A DNA stretch of 64,000 nucleotides from Acidobacteriota bacterium (GTDB lineage: Bacteria; Acidobacteriota; Terriglobia; Acidiferrales; UBA7541): contig QHZD01000023.1 of the NCBI GenBank assembly GCA_003225315.1, forward strand, positions 90,347-154,346. Direction: 5' to 3'. The notes under the pieces were generated by a model. It did no database searches, was not told where the DNA came from, and saw nothing but the letters and a program-made list of their open reading frames with translations. The stretch's first letter is position 1. Each line of letters begins with the position of its first letter. Positions 27,245-38,000 of the stretch are shown in pieces. The position numbers were made by a program, and so were the translations under genes.

Positions 27245-29524
27245 ATGATCTTGTTCCTTCTTCGACTTGCCGTTGCTGCAATCCTGCTGGCTTATGGTGG
27301 CGACTCTCGCCCGGGTGATTTCAGGATCATTGGCCCCGGCGGCGGCGGAGCGATGTTCCACCCGACGATTAGTCCTCACGACTCCAACACCGTACTGGTT
27401 AGCTGCGACATGACGGGGTCCTATATCACCCATGATGCGGGCAAGTCCTGGCGCATGTTTAATCTGCGCGGAGTCGTTCAATTCTTCGTTTTCGATCCGC
27501 TGGACCGGAAAGTGATTTATGCACAATCAAATGGTCTGTGGCGTAGCCAAAACGAGGGTGAGTCTTGGAGCCTGATTTATCCAAAGCCGTTTTCCGTGAA
27601 GGGCATCAAAATGAGTTCAGATCATTCGGACGAAGATCTGATTGCGGAGCCGAACCCCCTGGGCAGCCTCACTGCGATGGCAATCGATCCATCGGATTCC
27701 AGGACTTTTTATGTTGCCGCAGGCGATAGGAGAAAAAGCACGTTTGCCCTCTTTACATCGCGGGACGGGGGCGAAAACTGGGTAAGAGAGAGGGATCTCC
27801 CGGGGCTGACCGACAAATTGTGGGTCAATCCACATTCGCCTACCGACGCGCGTATCCTTCTTCTTGCCGGTCCAAATTTTATAGCAAAAAAGACATCGTC
27901 CGGTGTGGAAAGAATATCGGGCCCCTCCGCAAAGACTTTCACAGATATCTCCGTGGGATTCTGGAAGGATGGCAAGGTGTTGATTTACGTTATCGGCGAT
28001 GAGTCCGCCTTTGTGACAGATGATGAAGGAACAACTTGGCGAAAAGGCAGCCTGGGTAAAAGTGGTGGAAAGATGCGAGCGATCGCGACGAGCTTGCGCG
28101 ATCCGGGCACGGCCTATGTTTCCTACAGAGATCTGGAAGAAGGTGGAATCAAATGGCTGGGGGTTGCCAAGACCACCGATGCAGGGCGCAATTGGCAACT
28201 GGTTTGGAAGGAGGACAGCAATCCCGCTGCCCGGGCTGCCACGAATATCCATGACGCATGGATCACGGAACGATTTGGATCGGATTGGGGAGAAAACCCC
28301 TTGGCGCTTACCGTAGCGGAGCAGGATGCCAACTTATGCTACGAGACGGATCTGGGAAGGACCATGCGCACGACGGACGGAGGCGCAAGCTGGTTCGCGG
28401 TTTACTCAAGAAAATCCAGTGAAAACGGATGGGTCTCAACGGGGCTGGATGTAACGAACGCCTACGGTTATCACTTTGATCCGTTCGATCACCACCGGCA
28501 GTTTATCTCCACGACGGACATTGGTCTTTTCCGGAGCGAAGACGGCGGGCGGTCCTGGATTAGTTCCACGCTAGGTGTGCCGAAGGAATGGATGAACACG
28601 ACGTACTGGATGGTATTTGATCCCGTAGTAAAGGGTCGGGCTTGGAGTGTGAACAGCTGGACCCATGATTTACCGCGACCGAAGATGTGGAGAAGAAAAG
28701 GAATCGGGAGTTATCGGGGCGGTGTATGCCGCAGTGATGATGGTGGAAGGACCTGGACTAAGTCGAATGACGGGATGGAGGAAACCGCGGCGACACACAT
28801 ACTCCTGGACCCGACGAGTTCGTCCACCGCGCGTGTGCTCTACGTTGCTGCCTTCGGGCGCGGAATATACAAGAGCGTAGATGGAGGCAAGACCTGGAAG
28901 CTGAAAAATACCGGCATTAATGAGAAGGAACCGTTTGCCTGGAGAATTGTGAGAGATAGCGAGGGAACACTCTACGTGCTGCTCGCGCGCCGTTCAGAAG
29001 ACGGAAGCATAGGGATGGAGGGTGACGGAGCAATTTACAAGTCCACAGATGGAGCAGAAAACTGGAGCCACGTAGCTATGCCCGAAGAAAGCAATGCTCC
29101 AAACGGCTTGGCGGTTGATCCCAATTCGCCGGATCGCCTCTATCTCGCGGCGTGGGCGAGGGACAAAGGAGAGCATGGGGAGGGTGGCGGCATCTATTTG
29201 TCGGTGGATGCAGGAAAGAGCTGGACGCGAGTCCTTGATCGAGATCGCCACGTCTACGATGTCACCATAAACCCGCGTGACGCGAAAAAACTCTACGCTT
29301 CCGGGTTTGAGTCCTCTGCATGGAAATCAAACGACCGCGGCGAAAACTGGGTGCGAATACCTGGTTTTAACTTCAAATGGGGACATCGCGTCATTCCGGA
29401 TCCCGAAGACCCAACGAAGGTTTACATCACCACGTTTGGCGGAGGCGTTTGGCATGGTTCTGTAGATGGGGAGGATCGCCCTTTAGACATCGTTACGCCT
29501 GAGCTTCAGCCGGGACGGAGGTGA
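27245..29524 (+). CDS. Secreted BNR/Asp-box (VPS10/GH74-like) double beta-propeller protein
   Basis: Many S/T-x-D-x-G-x-T/S-W Asp-boxes; GPGGGGAM; VSCDMTG and ISTTDIGLFRS motifs; VYITTFGGGVW. Confidence 0.8.
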   Translation: MILFLLRLAVAAILLAYGGDSRPGDFRIIGPGGGGAMFHPTISPHDSNTVLVSCDMTGSYITHDAGKSWRMFNLRGVVQFFVFDPLDRKVIYAQSNGLWRSQNEGESWSLIYPKPFSVKGIKMSSDHSDEDLIAEPNPLGSLTAMAIDPSDSRTFYVAAGDRRKSTFALFTSRDGGENWVRERDLPGLTDKLWVNPHSPTDARILLLAGPNFIAKKTSSGVERISGPSAKTFTDISVGFWKDGKVLIYVIGDESAFVTDDEGTTWRKGSLGKSGGKMRAIATSLRDPGTAYVSYRDLEEGGIKWLGVAKTTDAGRNWQLVWKEDSNPAARAATNIHDAWITERFGSDWGENPLALTVAEQDANLCYETDLGRTMRTTDGGASWFAVYSRKSSENGWVSTGLDVTNAYGYHFDPFDHHRQFISTTDIGLFRSEDGGRSWISSTLGVPKEWMNTTYWMVFDPVVKGRAWSVNSWTHDLPRPKMWRRKGIGSYRGGVCRSDDGGRTWTKSNDGMEETAATHILLDPTSSSTARVLYVAAFGRGIYKSVDGGKTWKLKNTGINEKEPFAWRIVRDSEGTLYVLLARRSEDGSIGMEGDGAIYKSTDGAENWSHVAMPEESNAPNGLAVDPNSPDRLYLAAWARDKGEHGEGGGIYLSVDAGKSWTRVLDRDRHVYDVTINPRDAKKLYASGFESSAWKSNDRGENWVRIPGFNFKWGHRVIPDPEDPTKVYITTFGGGVWHGSVDGEDRPLDIVTPELQPGRR

Positions 29525-29561
29525 AGGAACTAGTGCTAACGAGAAAGAGAAAAAATAACTC

Positions 29562-30785
29562 ATGGAAAGTGCATCCTTGTTGAACCAGGCGGACTGGGAA
29601 CACGGGCTGACAAACGGTCAAGCGCGGGCAGCCGAATTATTTGGCCGGGCGGAAACGGAGCAAAAACGGCTTGGCTATTTCCACACGCTTAAGGAGATCT
29701 GCCAGCAGCCTTGGACGTGGCTGCGAACTTGCGATCGAATGATTGCGTCTCGAGATAGCCTGAAAAAGGATGTGGCGGGAATTCGAAGCCTCGCACTTAC
29801 GGGATCCGGAAGTTCAGAGTACGCTGCCGAATGCGTGCGGCTCCCTCTTCAAAATGAGCTTGGGATCCACACAGAATCGATCAGCGGCGGATCATTGCTG
29901 ATGTATGGCGGAAAAGCCTTGCCTCTGGGAAGGCCTGGTTTGCTCGTTTCTTTGGCTAGATCCGGTGACAGTCCCGAGAGTAGCGGGGCCTTGGAATTGC
30001 TACTGGACACAGAGCCTGAGTACCGGCACGTTGTGGTGACGTGCAACGAGCAGGGGAGTCTGGCTAGGGCGTGGCGCAACCATGAGAAAGTGCATGTCAC
30101 CACGCTTCCCACCGAAACTCATGATAAGAGCCTGGTGATGACGAGCAGCTTTACGAACCTGCTGCTGGCGGCGCGCTTCATCGGAATGCTGGAAAGACCA
30201 GACGAATACCAGAGAGTGTGCGAGAGATTAAGCCAAATAACAAAGGACCTGATTCGGTCCTATTTCGACATCCTGGCGAAGATTGCCGCATCAGATTTTC
30301 ACCGAGCGATATTTCTCGGCAGCGGGCCGCGTTTCGCGGCGTCGCGCGAAGCGGCGTTGAAGATGCTGGAGCTAACGTCGGGCCGCGTCACGACACTCTG
30401 CGAAACGTACCTTGGATTTCGGCATGGCCCCATGAGCTACGCGCAAGATGACACTCTCATCGTTTGCAATTTATCGTGCGATTCCACGATACGCGCATAT
30501 GAATTGGATTTACTGCGCGAATTGGACCGAAAGAAACTTGGATTGTCCAAAGTCATTGTTGGAGAAAATATTCCGAATTCCGCGGTTAGGGCGGGCGATA
30601 AGGTCATCGAGTGCCGGGGACTGAGTGAACTCGGAGACGAAGAGACGCCGGTCGTGTATGTGATTGTCGCCCAACTTCTGGCCTTTTTTCGCTGCCTTGG
30701 GGAAGGACTTCAGCCGGATTCACCTTCCGAGGGGGGAATTATTAACCGTGTAGTGGAAAAGTTTCCTCTTCACACATCTTCGTGA
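29562..30785 (+). CDS. agaS: Galactosamine-6-phosphate deaminase/isomerase (double SIS)
   Basis: EICQQP; TGSGSSEY; SLARSGDSPES; VMTSSFT; EAALKMLELTSG; LGFRHGP; PDSPS..G.INRVV, all AgaS signature segments. Confidence 0.88.
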   Translation: MESASLLNQADWEHGLTNGQARAAELFGRAETEQKRLGYFHTLKEICQQPWTWLRTCDRMIASRDSLKKDVAGIRSLALTGSGSSEYAAECVRLPLQNELGIHTESISGGSLLMYGGKALPLGRPGLLVSLARSGDSPESSGALELLLDTEPEYRHVVVTCNEQGSLARAWRNHEKVHVTTLPTETHDKSLVMTSSFTNLLLAARFIGMLERPDEYQRVCERLSQITKDLIRSYFDILAKIAASDFHRAIFLGSGPRFAASREAALKMLELTSGRVTTLCETYLGFRHGPMSYAQDDTLIVCNLSCDSTIRAYELDLLRELDRKKLGLSKVIVGENIPNSAVRAGDKVIECRGLSELGDEETPVVYVIVAQLLAFFRCLGEGLQPDSPSEGGIINRVVEKFPLHTSS

Positions 30786-30902
30786 ATTGCATCAGAACGA
30801 AACTCTTTGAGTTGGATGAGCTTGGATGTCGGCATTAAACGTAATCTAGCAAGACTACTTGAAACGCTGCTAGCGAAGGTACGCGCCGCGAGGGCCACGC
30901 TA

Positions 30903-33900
30903 ATGCGATGGACGGTCCTGTTTTTATTCCTAAGTCTTACCGTCGTTCCTATTCGGGCTCAGGTGCGCGTGTGGGAAGGTGTTCTGAACCTGCCAGCATA
31001 CGAAGAGGGGGCGCCAGATCCCAATCCTCCTTTCGACGAGTTTGCGAGTGGCCGATTTAACTACCCCTATACGATGCGGAAGGAAGTCACGGACCGGCGC
31101 GCCGAACACCAATGGCGCGCAATTTATCTTGAAAACGAATATCTGAAATGTTCCGTCTTGCCGGATTTGGGCGGACATATTTATACGTGCATAGACAAAA
31201 TCAGCGGACAGCCGATGTTCTATGCCAACCCTTCCATCAAAAAGGCCAGGATCGGTTATCGCGGAGCCTGGGCTGCTTTCGGAGTCGAGTTTAACTTTCC
31301 TGTTTCCCACAATTGGGTCTCCATGTCGCCTGTGGATTTCGCCTATGCAAGCCACGAGGATGGCAGCGCATCGATCACAGTAGGGAATATCGACAGGGTT
31401 TATGGAATGGAATGGTCGGTCCAACTGACTCTGCCGCCCAGTTCCACCGTCCTCGAACAACACGTTACGCTGAGCAATCGAAGCGATATACGCCATCGTT
31501 TCTATTGGTGGAACAATGCCGCCGTCCAGGTTTGGGACGATTCTCAGATTCAATACCCCATGCGTTTTGCAGCAGCGCATGGATTTGCGGAGGTGCAGAG
31601 GTGGCCAGTCGATCCAAAAGGCAAGGATCTCAGCGTCATTCGTGACCAGACGGATGGACCAGTTTCTCTGTTTGTTCATGGAAGCCGCGAGAACTTCATG
31701 GGTGTATGGCACCCTCGAACAAATACAGGGACCGCACATTTTGCTGACTACGCCGAGCTACGCGCGAAAAAGATCTGGTCCTGGGGTGTCGACGCAGAAG
31801 GTCTTGGTTGGCGTGAAGCACTCTCCGACAACAACAGCGCCTATGTAGAGTTGCAGGCGGGACTCTTCCGAAACCAGGAGACGTATGCATTCCTTGAACC
31901 GCGTCAATCCATTTCATTCACGGAATACTGGATGCCGGTCCGCGATACGAAGGGGATCTCTCGCGCGAATCTCGCTGGCGTGGTTCATTTGGAAAGAAAG
32001 GCCGGCATGCTGGCGGTGTGCCTCAATTCCAACCGGAAGCTGTTGGACGCTACGATCCAGATTCTGGATGGAAACAGCTCCGTGCTCAACGAGAAAGAAA
32101 ATCTTGTACCAGAGCGATTGTGGAAGAGGGACATTCAGATTCCAGACGCCGGCAAAAAGTATACGTTTGAGCTAAGAAACAACGAGGGTGCGCTGCTCTT
32201 GAGGCAGACAGAGGGGAAGTATGACTGGGCGCCTGAATCCGAAATTAAGGTTGGCCCGCAAATTTCGCACAGGATACCGGAAGAGACGCGACGCACCGCG
32301 GGCGATTGGCTTCAGCAGGGCGGAACGGAAGAATTGAACGGCAATCTCCTAGCTGCTTTGCACACCTATCAAAAAGCATTAACGAAGTTCCCCACAGATC
32401 TTGAATTACTGAAGGCTGCAGGACGACTCGACACTAGTCTGATGCGTTTTGAAGAAGCTGTACCTAGACTGGCTGCCGCTCACGCGCGAAGTACTACCGA
32501 TGCCGAGACTTCCTATTATCTTGGAATCGCATACCAGGGCGTTGAGAGAGAGAACGACGGGATCGATGCATACGAGGAAGCTATGCGCTTACCGTCGTAC
32601 AGGGCGGCCGCTGCCTTGCGCCTTTCCGAACTCTTGGCTCGGCGGGGCGCCCTGAAGGAGGCGAGAGATTTCCTGACGAAAAGCCTCGAATCTGCGCCGG
32701 ATGACCTGAGAGCAGGAGAAGAGCTAGTGGCAGTATCGCGCGCAATGGGAAGTAGGGTGGACGGAGAAAAGATGGCAAGGCAACGGCTCGCGCGCTTCCC
32801 TCTGAGCGATTTTCTCCAGGAAGAACTTGGAAAGCCGAATATTTTGCATCTCGCTGCCGATCCTTATCGAGTCCTAAATATTGCATCGGAATACGCGCGG
32901 TTGGGACTATACCGCCGAGCGGTGGAGGTCCTCTCACGGGAGTATCCGTCTCCCGAGGCGGACCAGAGCGAACCCGGTGCGGTTGCCCCCCAGAAGAACC
33001 CTCTGGTGGTCTACTTTCGCGGATACTGCCGTGAGAAACTCGGTGAGTCTGGTGCAAGTGACTATTTGCAAGCTTCTCAACTTTCGACTGTAGCTGTATT
33101 TCCGAACACCATCGAAGACCAGCAGGCGCTCAAAGCTGCGATCCGCGCGAATGAAAAGGATGCAACCGCTCATTACCTGCTGGGGACGTGGTATTTTGCG
33201 CGAGAAAAAACGGAAGAGGCCATTTTGGAATGGCAACAGGCGCGAAAGCTCGATCCCCAAATACCGGTGCTGGAAGCCAGTCTCGGATTAGCACTGCTGC
33301 ACATGAAGAGGGATTTCGCGGGCGCCATGAATGTATTCGCGGAAGGAATAAGAAATGACCCATCGAACGCCGTGAACTATTCCGGTACTGTTGCGGCGAT
33401 GGCCGTACTGGAGAAATCTGCAGCGGAACGAGCGAAAGCACTTGAGCTTTATCCTGACCTGAGCCACATGCCTATTAGTTTGGTCTATGAATTGGCTTTG
33501 AATCGTGCAGAAGAAGGGAATTATGAGGGCGCGATTGATTTGTTCCAGAATCGCTTCTTTGGCAGCGAAGAAGGGGGAACGGACGTTCGCCACGTGTGGG
33601 TGGAAGTAAAACTGCAGCAAGCCATCGGGTTGGCTCGAACCGGCCACTGCGAAGAAGCCCTAGTCGCGGCGAAAGCGCTTGGTTCCCCGGTTCCAAGCCT
33701 TTCGTTCACGCAAGATGGACTAGAACCATTGTTAGATTCCGCCAGAACAAATTACCTGCTCGGGGAAGCCTATTCTGCTTGCGGTCAAAAAGAAGAGGCA
33801 CAGCGAAGGTACCGGCTTTCGGCCCAAGGGACTGACTCTTCGGATGTCGTATGGGAGTGGGCCGCAGCCAAGAAGCTAAGCGGCTATGATGCAAACCTAT

Positions 33901-34118
33901 GGCGAGAGCATCTCACCTCAGCCCTGTCACGAGCGGAGTTCAACGCACAAAACAGCGCGTACCAGGGTTGGTGGGTCTATTCCGCCGGGGTCTTGCAGAT
34001 GGCCCTTGGGCACGAAGCTCAAGGCAAGGCGTCCCTTCGCGAATCCTTGCTCTTGCCCGACAGCCGAATGTCTTACCACTTCAGCCGACTAGCAATGGAG
34101 GGTGCTACACCTCAATAA
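30903..34118 (+). CDS. DUF5107 domain + TPR protein
   Basis: YPY...LENEYLK.SVLPDLGGHI; IGYRGAWAAFGVEFNFP; RFYWWNNAAV; KKIWSWG; YVELQAG; C-terminal TPRs. ATG 30903 gives a signal-like N-terminus (ORF track opens at 30807). Stop overlaps the agaR stop region. Confidence 0.8.
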   Translation: MRWTVLFLFLSLTVVPIRAQVRVWEGVLNLPAYEEGAPDPNPPFDEFASGRFNYPYTMRKEVTDRRAEHQWRAIYLENEYLKCSVLPDLGGHIYTCIDKISGQPMFYANPSIKKARIGYRGAWAAFGVEFNFPVSHNWVSMSPVDFAYASHEDGSASITVGNIDRVYGMEWSVQLTLPPSSTVLEQHVTLSNRSDIRHRFYWWNNAAVQVWDDSQIQYPMRFAAAHGFAEVQRWPVDPKGKDLSVIRDQTDGPVSLFVHGSRENFMGVWHPRTNTGTAHFADYAELRAKKIWSWGVDAEGLGWREALSDNNSAYVELQAGLFRNQETYAFLEPRQSISFTEYWMPVRDTKGISRANLAGVVHLERKAGMLAVCLNSNRKLLDATIQILDGNSSVLNEKENLVPERLWKRDIQIPDAGKKYTFELRNNEGALLLRQTEGKYDWAPESEIKVGPQISHRIPEETRRTAGDWLQQGGTEELNGNLLAALHTYQKALTKFPTDLELLKAAGRLDTSLMRFEEAVPRLAAAHARSTTDAETSYYLGIAYQGVERENDGIDAYEEAMRLPSYRAAAALRLSELLARRGALKEARDFLTKSLESAPDDLRAGEELVAVSRAMGSRVDGEKMARQRLARFPLSDFLQEELGKPNILHLAADPYRVLNIASEYARLGLYRRAVEVLSREYPSPEADQSEPGAVAPQKNPLVVYFRGYCREKLGESGASDYLQASQLSTVAVFPNTIEDQQALKAAIRANEKDATAHYLLGTWYFAREKTEEAILEWQQARKLDPQIPVLEASLGLALLHMKRDFAGAMNVFAEGIRNDPSNAVNYSGTVAAMAVLEKSAAERAKALELYPDLSHMPISLVYELALNRAEEGNYEGAIDLFQNRFFGSEEGGTDVRHVWVEVKLQQAIGLARTGHCEEALVAAKALGSPVPSLSFTQDGLEPLLDSARTNYLLGEAYSACGQKEEAQRRYRLSAQGTDSSDVVWEWAAAKKLSGYDANLWREHLTSALSRAEFNAQNSAYQGWWVYSAGVLQMALGHEAQGKASLRESLLLPDSRMSYHFSRLAMEGATPQ

Positions 34119-34890
34119 CTTCTATGCCCTTCTTACGAAGGGCCCCAGTGAAATCCTGCGTGGCACGGTTATCCGTAATCAGGCGACGGATTCTGTCAAA
34201 GGGGCCGATCTTTGAAACGCTCCTCCGACCGAGTTTGCTGAAATCCGTGACAACATTGACCTCCTTGGCGGAGCGGATCATCACGTTGTTGAGTTGTGCT
34301 TCGAGCACGTCCGGAGTCGAAGGGCCGTTCTCGAGATCGAAACCATCGACCGCTAGGAAAAGACGGTCAGCGTGGAACTCGTTCATCATGGCTTCTGCCT
34401 GAGGTCCGACGAAGGAGCAAGCAACCGGCCGCAGCAGCCCACCGATCATTATTAAGGAAATTCCGGGAGCGTCCGCAAGCTCAACCGCAATGTTCAAGGC
34501 ATTCGTGATGACCGTAAGCGACTGAACTTTCACCCTTTTCAAGTGTCGGGCGACCTCTGCCGTAGTCGTTCCTGAATCAAGGATGATGGTTTCGCCCGGC
34601 TGCACTAACTCGGCCGCGGCTCTTCCGATCCTAATTTTTTCATCCCGGTGAAGAGTTTCTTTGGTACGGAGCGGGTAATCCTGTGTGGCTTCCAGGCGCC
34701 TTACTGCGCCGCCGTGAGAGCGCACCACTGCGCCGATAGAAGCGAGAGAGTCGAGGTCGTTGCGGACCGTGACGGCAGATATTGAGAATCGCTTAACCAT
34801 ATCCGCGACAGTTACTTGGCCCTCTTGGTCGACGAGGTCCAGCACACTCCGGCGCCGCTGTTCTGTTAGCAGACGAGGTTTGGGGGTCAT
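34105..34890 (-). CDS. agaR: DeoR-family transcriptional repressor, AgaR-like
   Basis: EQRRRSVL...SAVTVRNDL...RSHGGA HTH; IILDSGTTT; VITNALNIA; DRLFLAVDG; located beside agaS and lacD. Confidence 0.8.
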   Translation of the reverse strand: MTPKPRLLTEQRRRSVLDLVDQEGQVTVADMVKRFSISAVTVRNDLDSLASIGAVVRSHGGAVRRLEATQDYPLRTKETLHRDEKIRIGRAAAELVQPGETIILDSGTTTAEVARHLKRVKVQSLTVITNALNIAVELADAPGISLIMIGGLLRPVACSFVGPQAEAMMNEFHADRLFLAVDGFDLENGPSTPDVLEAQLNNVMIRSAKEVNVVTDFSKLGRRSVSKIGPFDRIRRLITDNRATQDFTGALRKKGIEVIEV

Positions 34891-34910
34891 GCACTGTTTC
34901 CGTATGGGAG

Positions 34911-35040
34911 AGTATAGGGCGTCACTTCAACTCGGGTCAAATGACGAAAGCATAGCGCAGGCGAATGCTTTCGTATTCTTTCTCTTTGTGTCGTTCATGC
35001 TTTGTTTGTTGTTGCGTTTGCTTTTCTACTATGGTACATC
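34911..35040. promoter_or_regulatory. Divergent promoters with AgaR-type operator
   Basis: Minus strand: TTGACC (34940-34935)-N18-TATACT (34916-34911). Plus strand: TTGCGT (35012-35017)-N17-TACATC with extended TGn. Perfect inverted repeat ACGAAAGCAT-N11-ATGCTTTCGT (34944-34974) and CTTTC-N5-CTTTC (34968-34982). Confidence 0.7.
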
Positions 35041-35072
35041 GTTCCTCTGGATTATTTTGGGGGAGGTTCGCC

Positions 35073-38000
35073 TTGAAGTACAGAGTCACGTTTGTCTGTG
35101 TTATTTGCTTGGCACTTCTATTCTGTGTGTCCGCAGCAGTATTCGGCCAGGGAACGGATCTGGGCACGATTCGAGGAACGGTGACAGACTCCACAGGGGC
35201 TGTCATTCCAAGCGCCTCGGTGACGATTACCGACGCCCTTACCAACACCGCACGGGAAACAAAAACGAATGCTCAGGGCAATTACGAAATGTTCGGGCTG
35301 AAACCCGGCACGTATAGAGTGACAATCACAGCCCCTGGAATGAACAAGAGAGAAACCACGGACATTGTCTTGAACGGCAGCGACACGGTGAGCGTCGATG
35401 CCGTGCTCAAGGTGTCTGCGGCGCAGGAAAGCGTGGTCGTTACGATGGAAGCGCCAGCCATCAATACGGAAAACCAAACCATTAGCACCGCAATTTCTAA
35501 CCAGGAAATTATTGAGCTTCCCCGCGACAGTCGCGACGTGTATTCATTCCTTTACTTGAACCCTAACATCACGCAGGGCGTTAGTGATGGCGAATTCAAG
35601 TTCCTGGGTTTCCAGAGTTACGGGGCCAATTTTACAATCGACGGCCAGCGCTCCACCAACACGATTTTCGGTTCGCCCACCACCAGTGAGCCTTCGCTGG
35701 AGGCCGTCGGCGAACTCAATGTTCTCTCCACTGATTTCAGCGCTGAATACGCTGGAATTGGCAATATTCGCATCACCACCAAGCGAGGCCAATCGCAGTT
35801 TCACGGCTCGGCTTTTTACAACAACAAGAATTCGGCCCTGGCGGCTTTGCAGATACAAGACAAACAGGGCATTGCGGATTTTGTGCCGACCCCAGGCGTC
35901 AGCAAATATCCCACTCCGTATTTCAATCTCAACGATATTGGTGGATCCCTGGGAGGACCGATTCTCGGCATCAAGAAGACCTGGTTCTTTGTGGCCTATG
36001 AACGGAACTACTCGAGGGCCTCTGTACCCATTTCGGACCAAAGGTTGCCGCATCCAGCATTTTGGGTCGGCGACTTCTCGCCGGCCATAAATCCTGCCGC
36101 AGCCAATCCCGCAAAGCTCCTCCCGGACGTGCCTGCCGGCGTAACTCTGACGCCTGCTGAAGTATTGGCAGACACCTATCTGGGCTTGGGGCAGAAGTTT
36201 GTGACCATACCTTCGCGCCTGTTGGACCCCAATGTGCAACAGCTCATTAGTACTTACTTTCCCAAGATAAGCCCATTGGTGCCGATCAATTTAGCGAACG
36301 GCCGGATTGCGAACCTATTTCAGACGCTGCTTCCGGGCAGTTCAACTCGTGATCTGGGAACACTCCGGGTGGATCACGATTTCACAGACAAAGATCACGT
36401 TTATGGAGTTTACAACGTCTCCGGTTTCGTCGGTGCCACGTCGCCGGTCAGGAACCCCTTCACAGGACTCGGCCTGGTTCAGAACGACCGCCGAAATAAT
36501 ACGGTTTCGGGCTCCTATGTGCGCACGATTCACAACAATCTGATTAATGAGGCACGCGGCGGATTCAATCGGGAATACAGCTTTCGACACAGCAACACCA
36601 CTCTGGCGGGATTCCTTTCTAGCATCGGGTTTGATTCAAATGCCATAGATGCGTATGGGGCAGTCGTAGGCCAGGCACAGTTAAGCACGCACGGACACCC
36701 TGTAATCAATTTCGGCTCTACTTACACCACCTTTGACCGAAGCGGCAATCGCACCACTGAACGGCTGTTAAGCCAGTATCTGGCGACTTTTGGAGACACG
36801 CTTACCTGGGTGATCAAAAAACACAACCTGAAAATGGGCGCGGATTTTGTGCGCAACGTGGGACAGGATGGGTTCGCGACTGCCCGTGGGAATCCACGCG
36901 GAACGATGACGTATACCGTCAGTGGGGCGCTAACCAACCCGTTCGCACACTTTCTACTCGGGCTTGCGCCCACTAGAGTCACGTACATCGCGCAGCCCCG
37001 GCCCCCCATGGACGTACACAACTGGGAGCAGGGGTACTTCTTCCAGGACGATTGGAAGGTTACGCCCAGGTTGACTGTCAATCTCGGCGTGCGCTATGAG
37101 CTGGTTTCGCCATTCGTTGACAAGAACGACATCATGCTCAATTTCGATCCGACCTTCGGAAACAATACTGGGCGTTTTATTATTGCCTCTGACAAGACTA
37201 CTCAATTCCTGGATCCCCGGATAGCTACGACTTTGCCAGTGGTCACTGCCGCCCAATCAGGGCTTGGCATCGGTCGAGGTCTGGTACGGACCGACAAGAA
37301 TAATGTTGCGCCCCGCATCGGCGTTGCCCTGGGCCTGGGGGAGAAGTCCGCGGTGCGCGGCGGATACGGGATGTACTTCCCAACTGCGGCTGCTCAGGGG
37401 ATTCGGGACCCGCTTTCAACCAACGCCTTCAATCAGGCACTTACTAAGTCGAATCTGGGCATAAACCCGCAGCAGCTCCAGCCTTGGCCGACCCCCCTGA
37501 CCGGAGGCGACGTTAATAACCTGGCTGGCCTTCTCTCATTCAATGCGGTGCCCGTTGGGCTTCACCAGCCTCTCATTCAACAGTACAACGCGACCTTCGA
37601 ACGTGAACTCGGGCTAAAAACTTCCGTACGTTTTTCTTACCTCGGCACCACTGCGCATGGGCTGATTGCGGGCACAGACCTGAACGAACTCAGACCCAGT
37701 GATGTTGGTTGGAACACCACCACAGGCGACGGAGTCACCCCCTGCGATACTGACGCTGGAGACTGCGAACCGACGCCCGCGCAAACTGCAGCGCTTCCCT
37801 ATCCCGCGCTGGGAGACTTCTTGCTAAGTTTTGGAAACTTTGGCCACAGCCAAGCGAACGCCTTCCAGACGCAGCTGGCGCGTCGCTACGGCAGCGGATT
37901 GATGTTTAATGCGTCTTACACCTATCTGGACCAGAAATCTACGGGCTTGGATGTCGGCGAATCCAGCCTTGGCGGTGTGGCTTACAATCCGTTCAATCCT

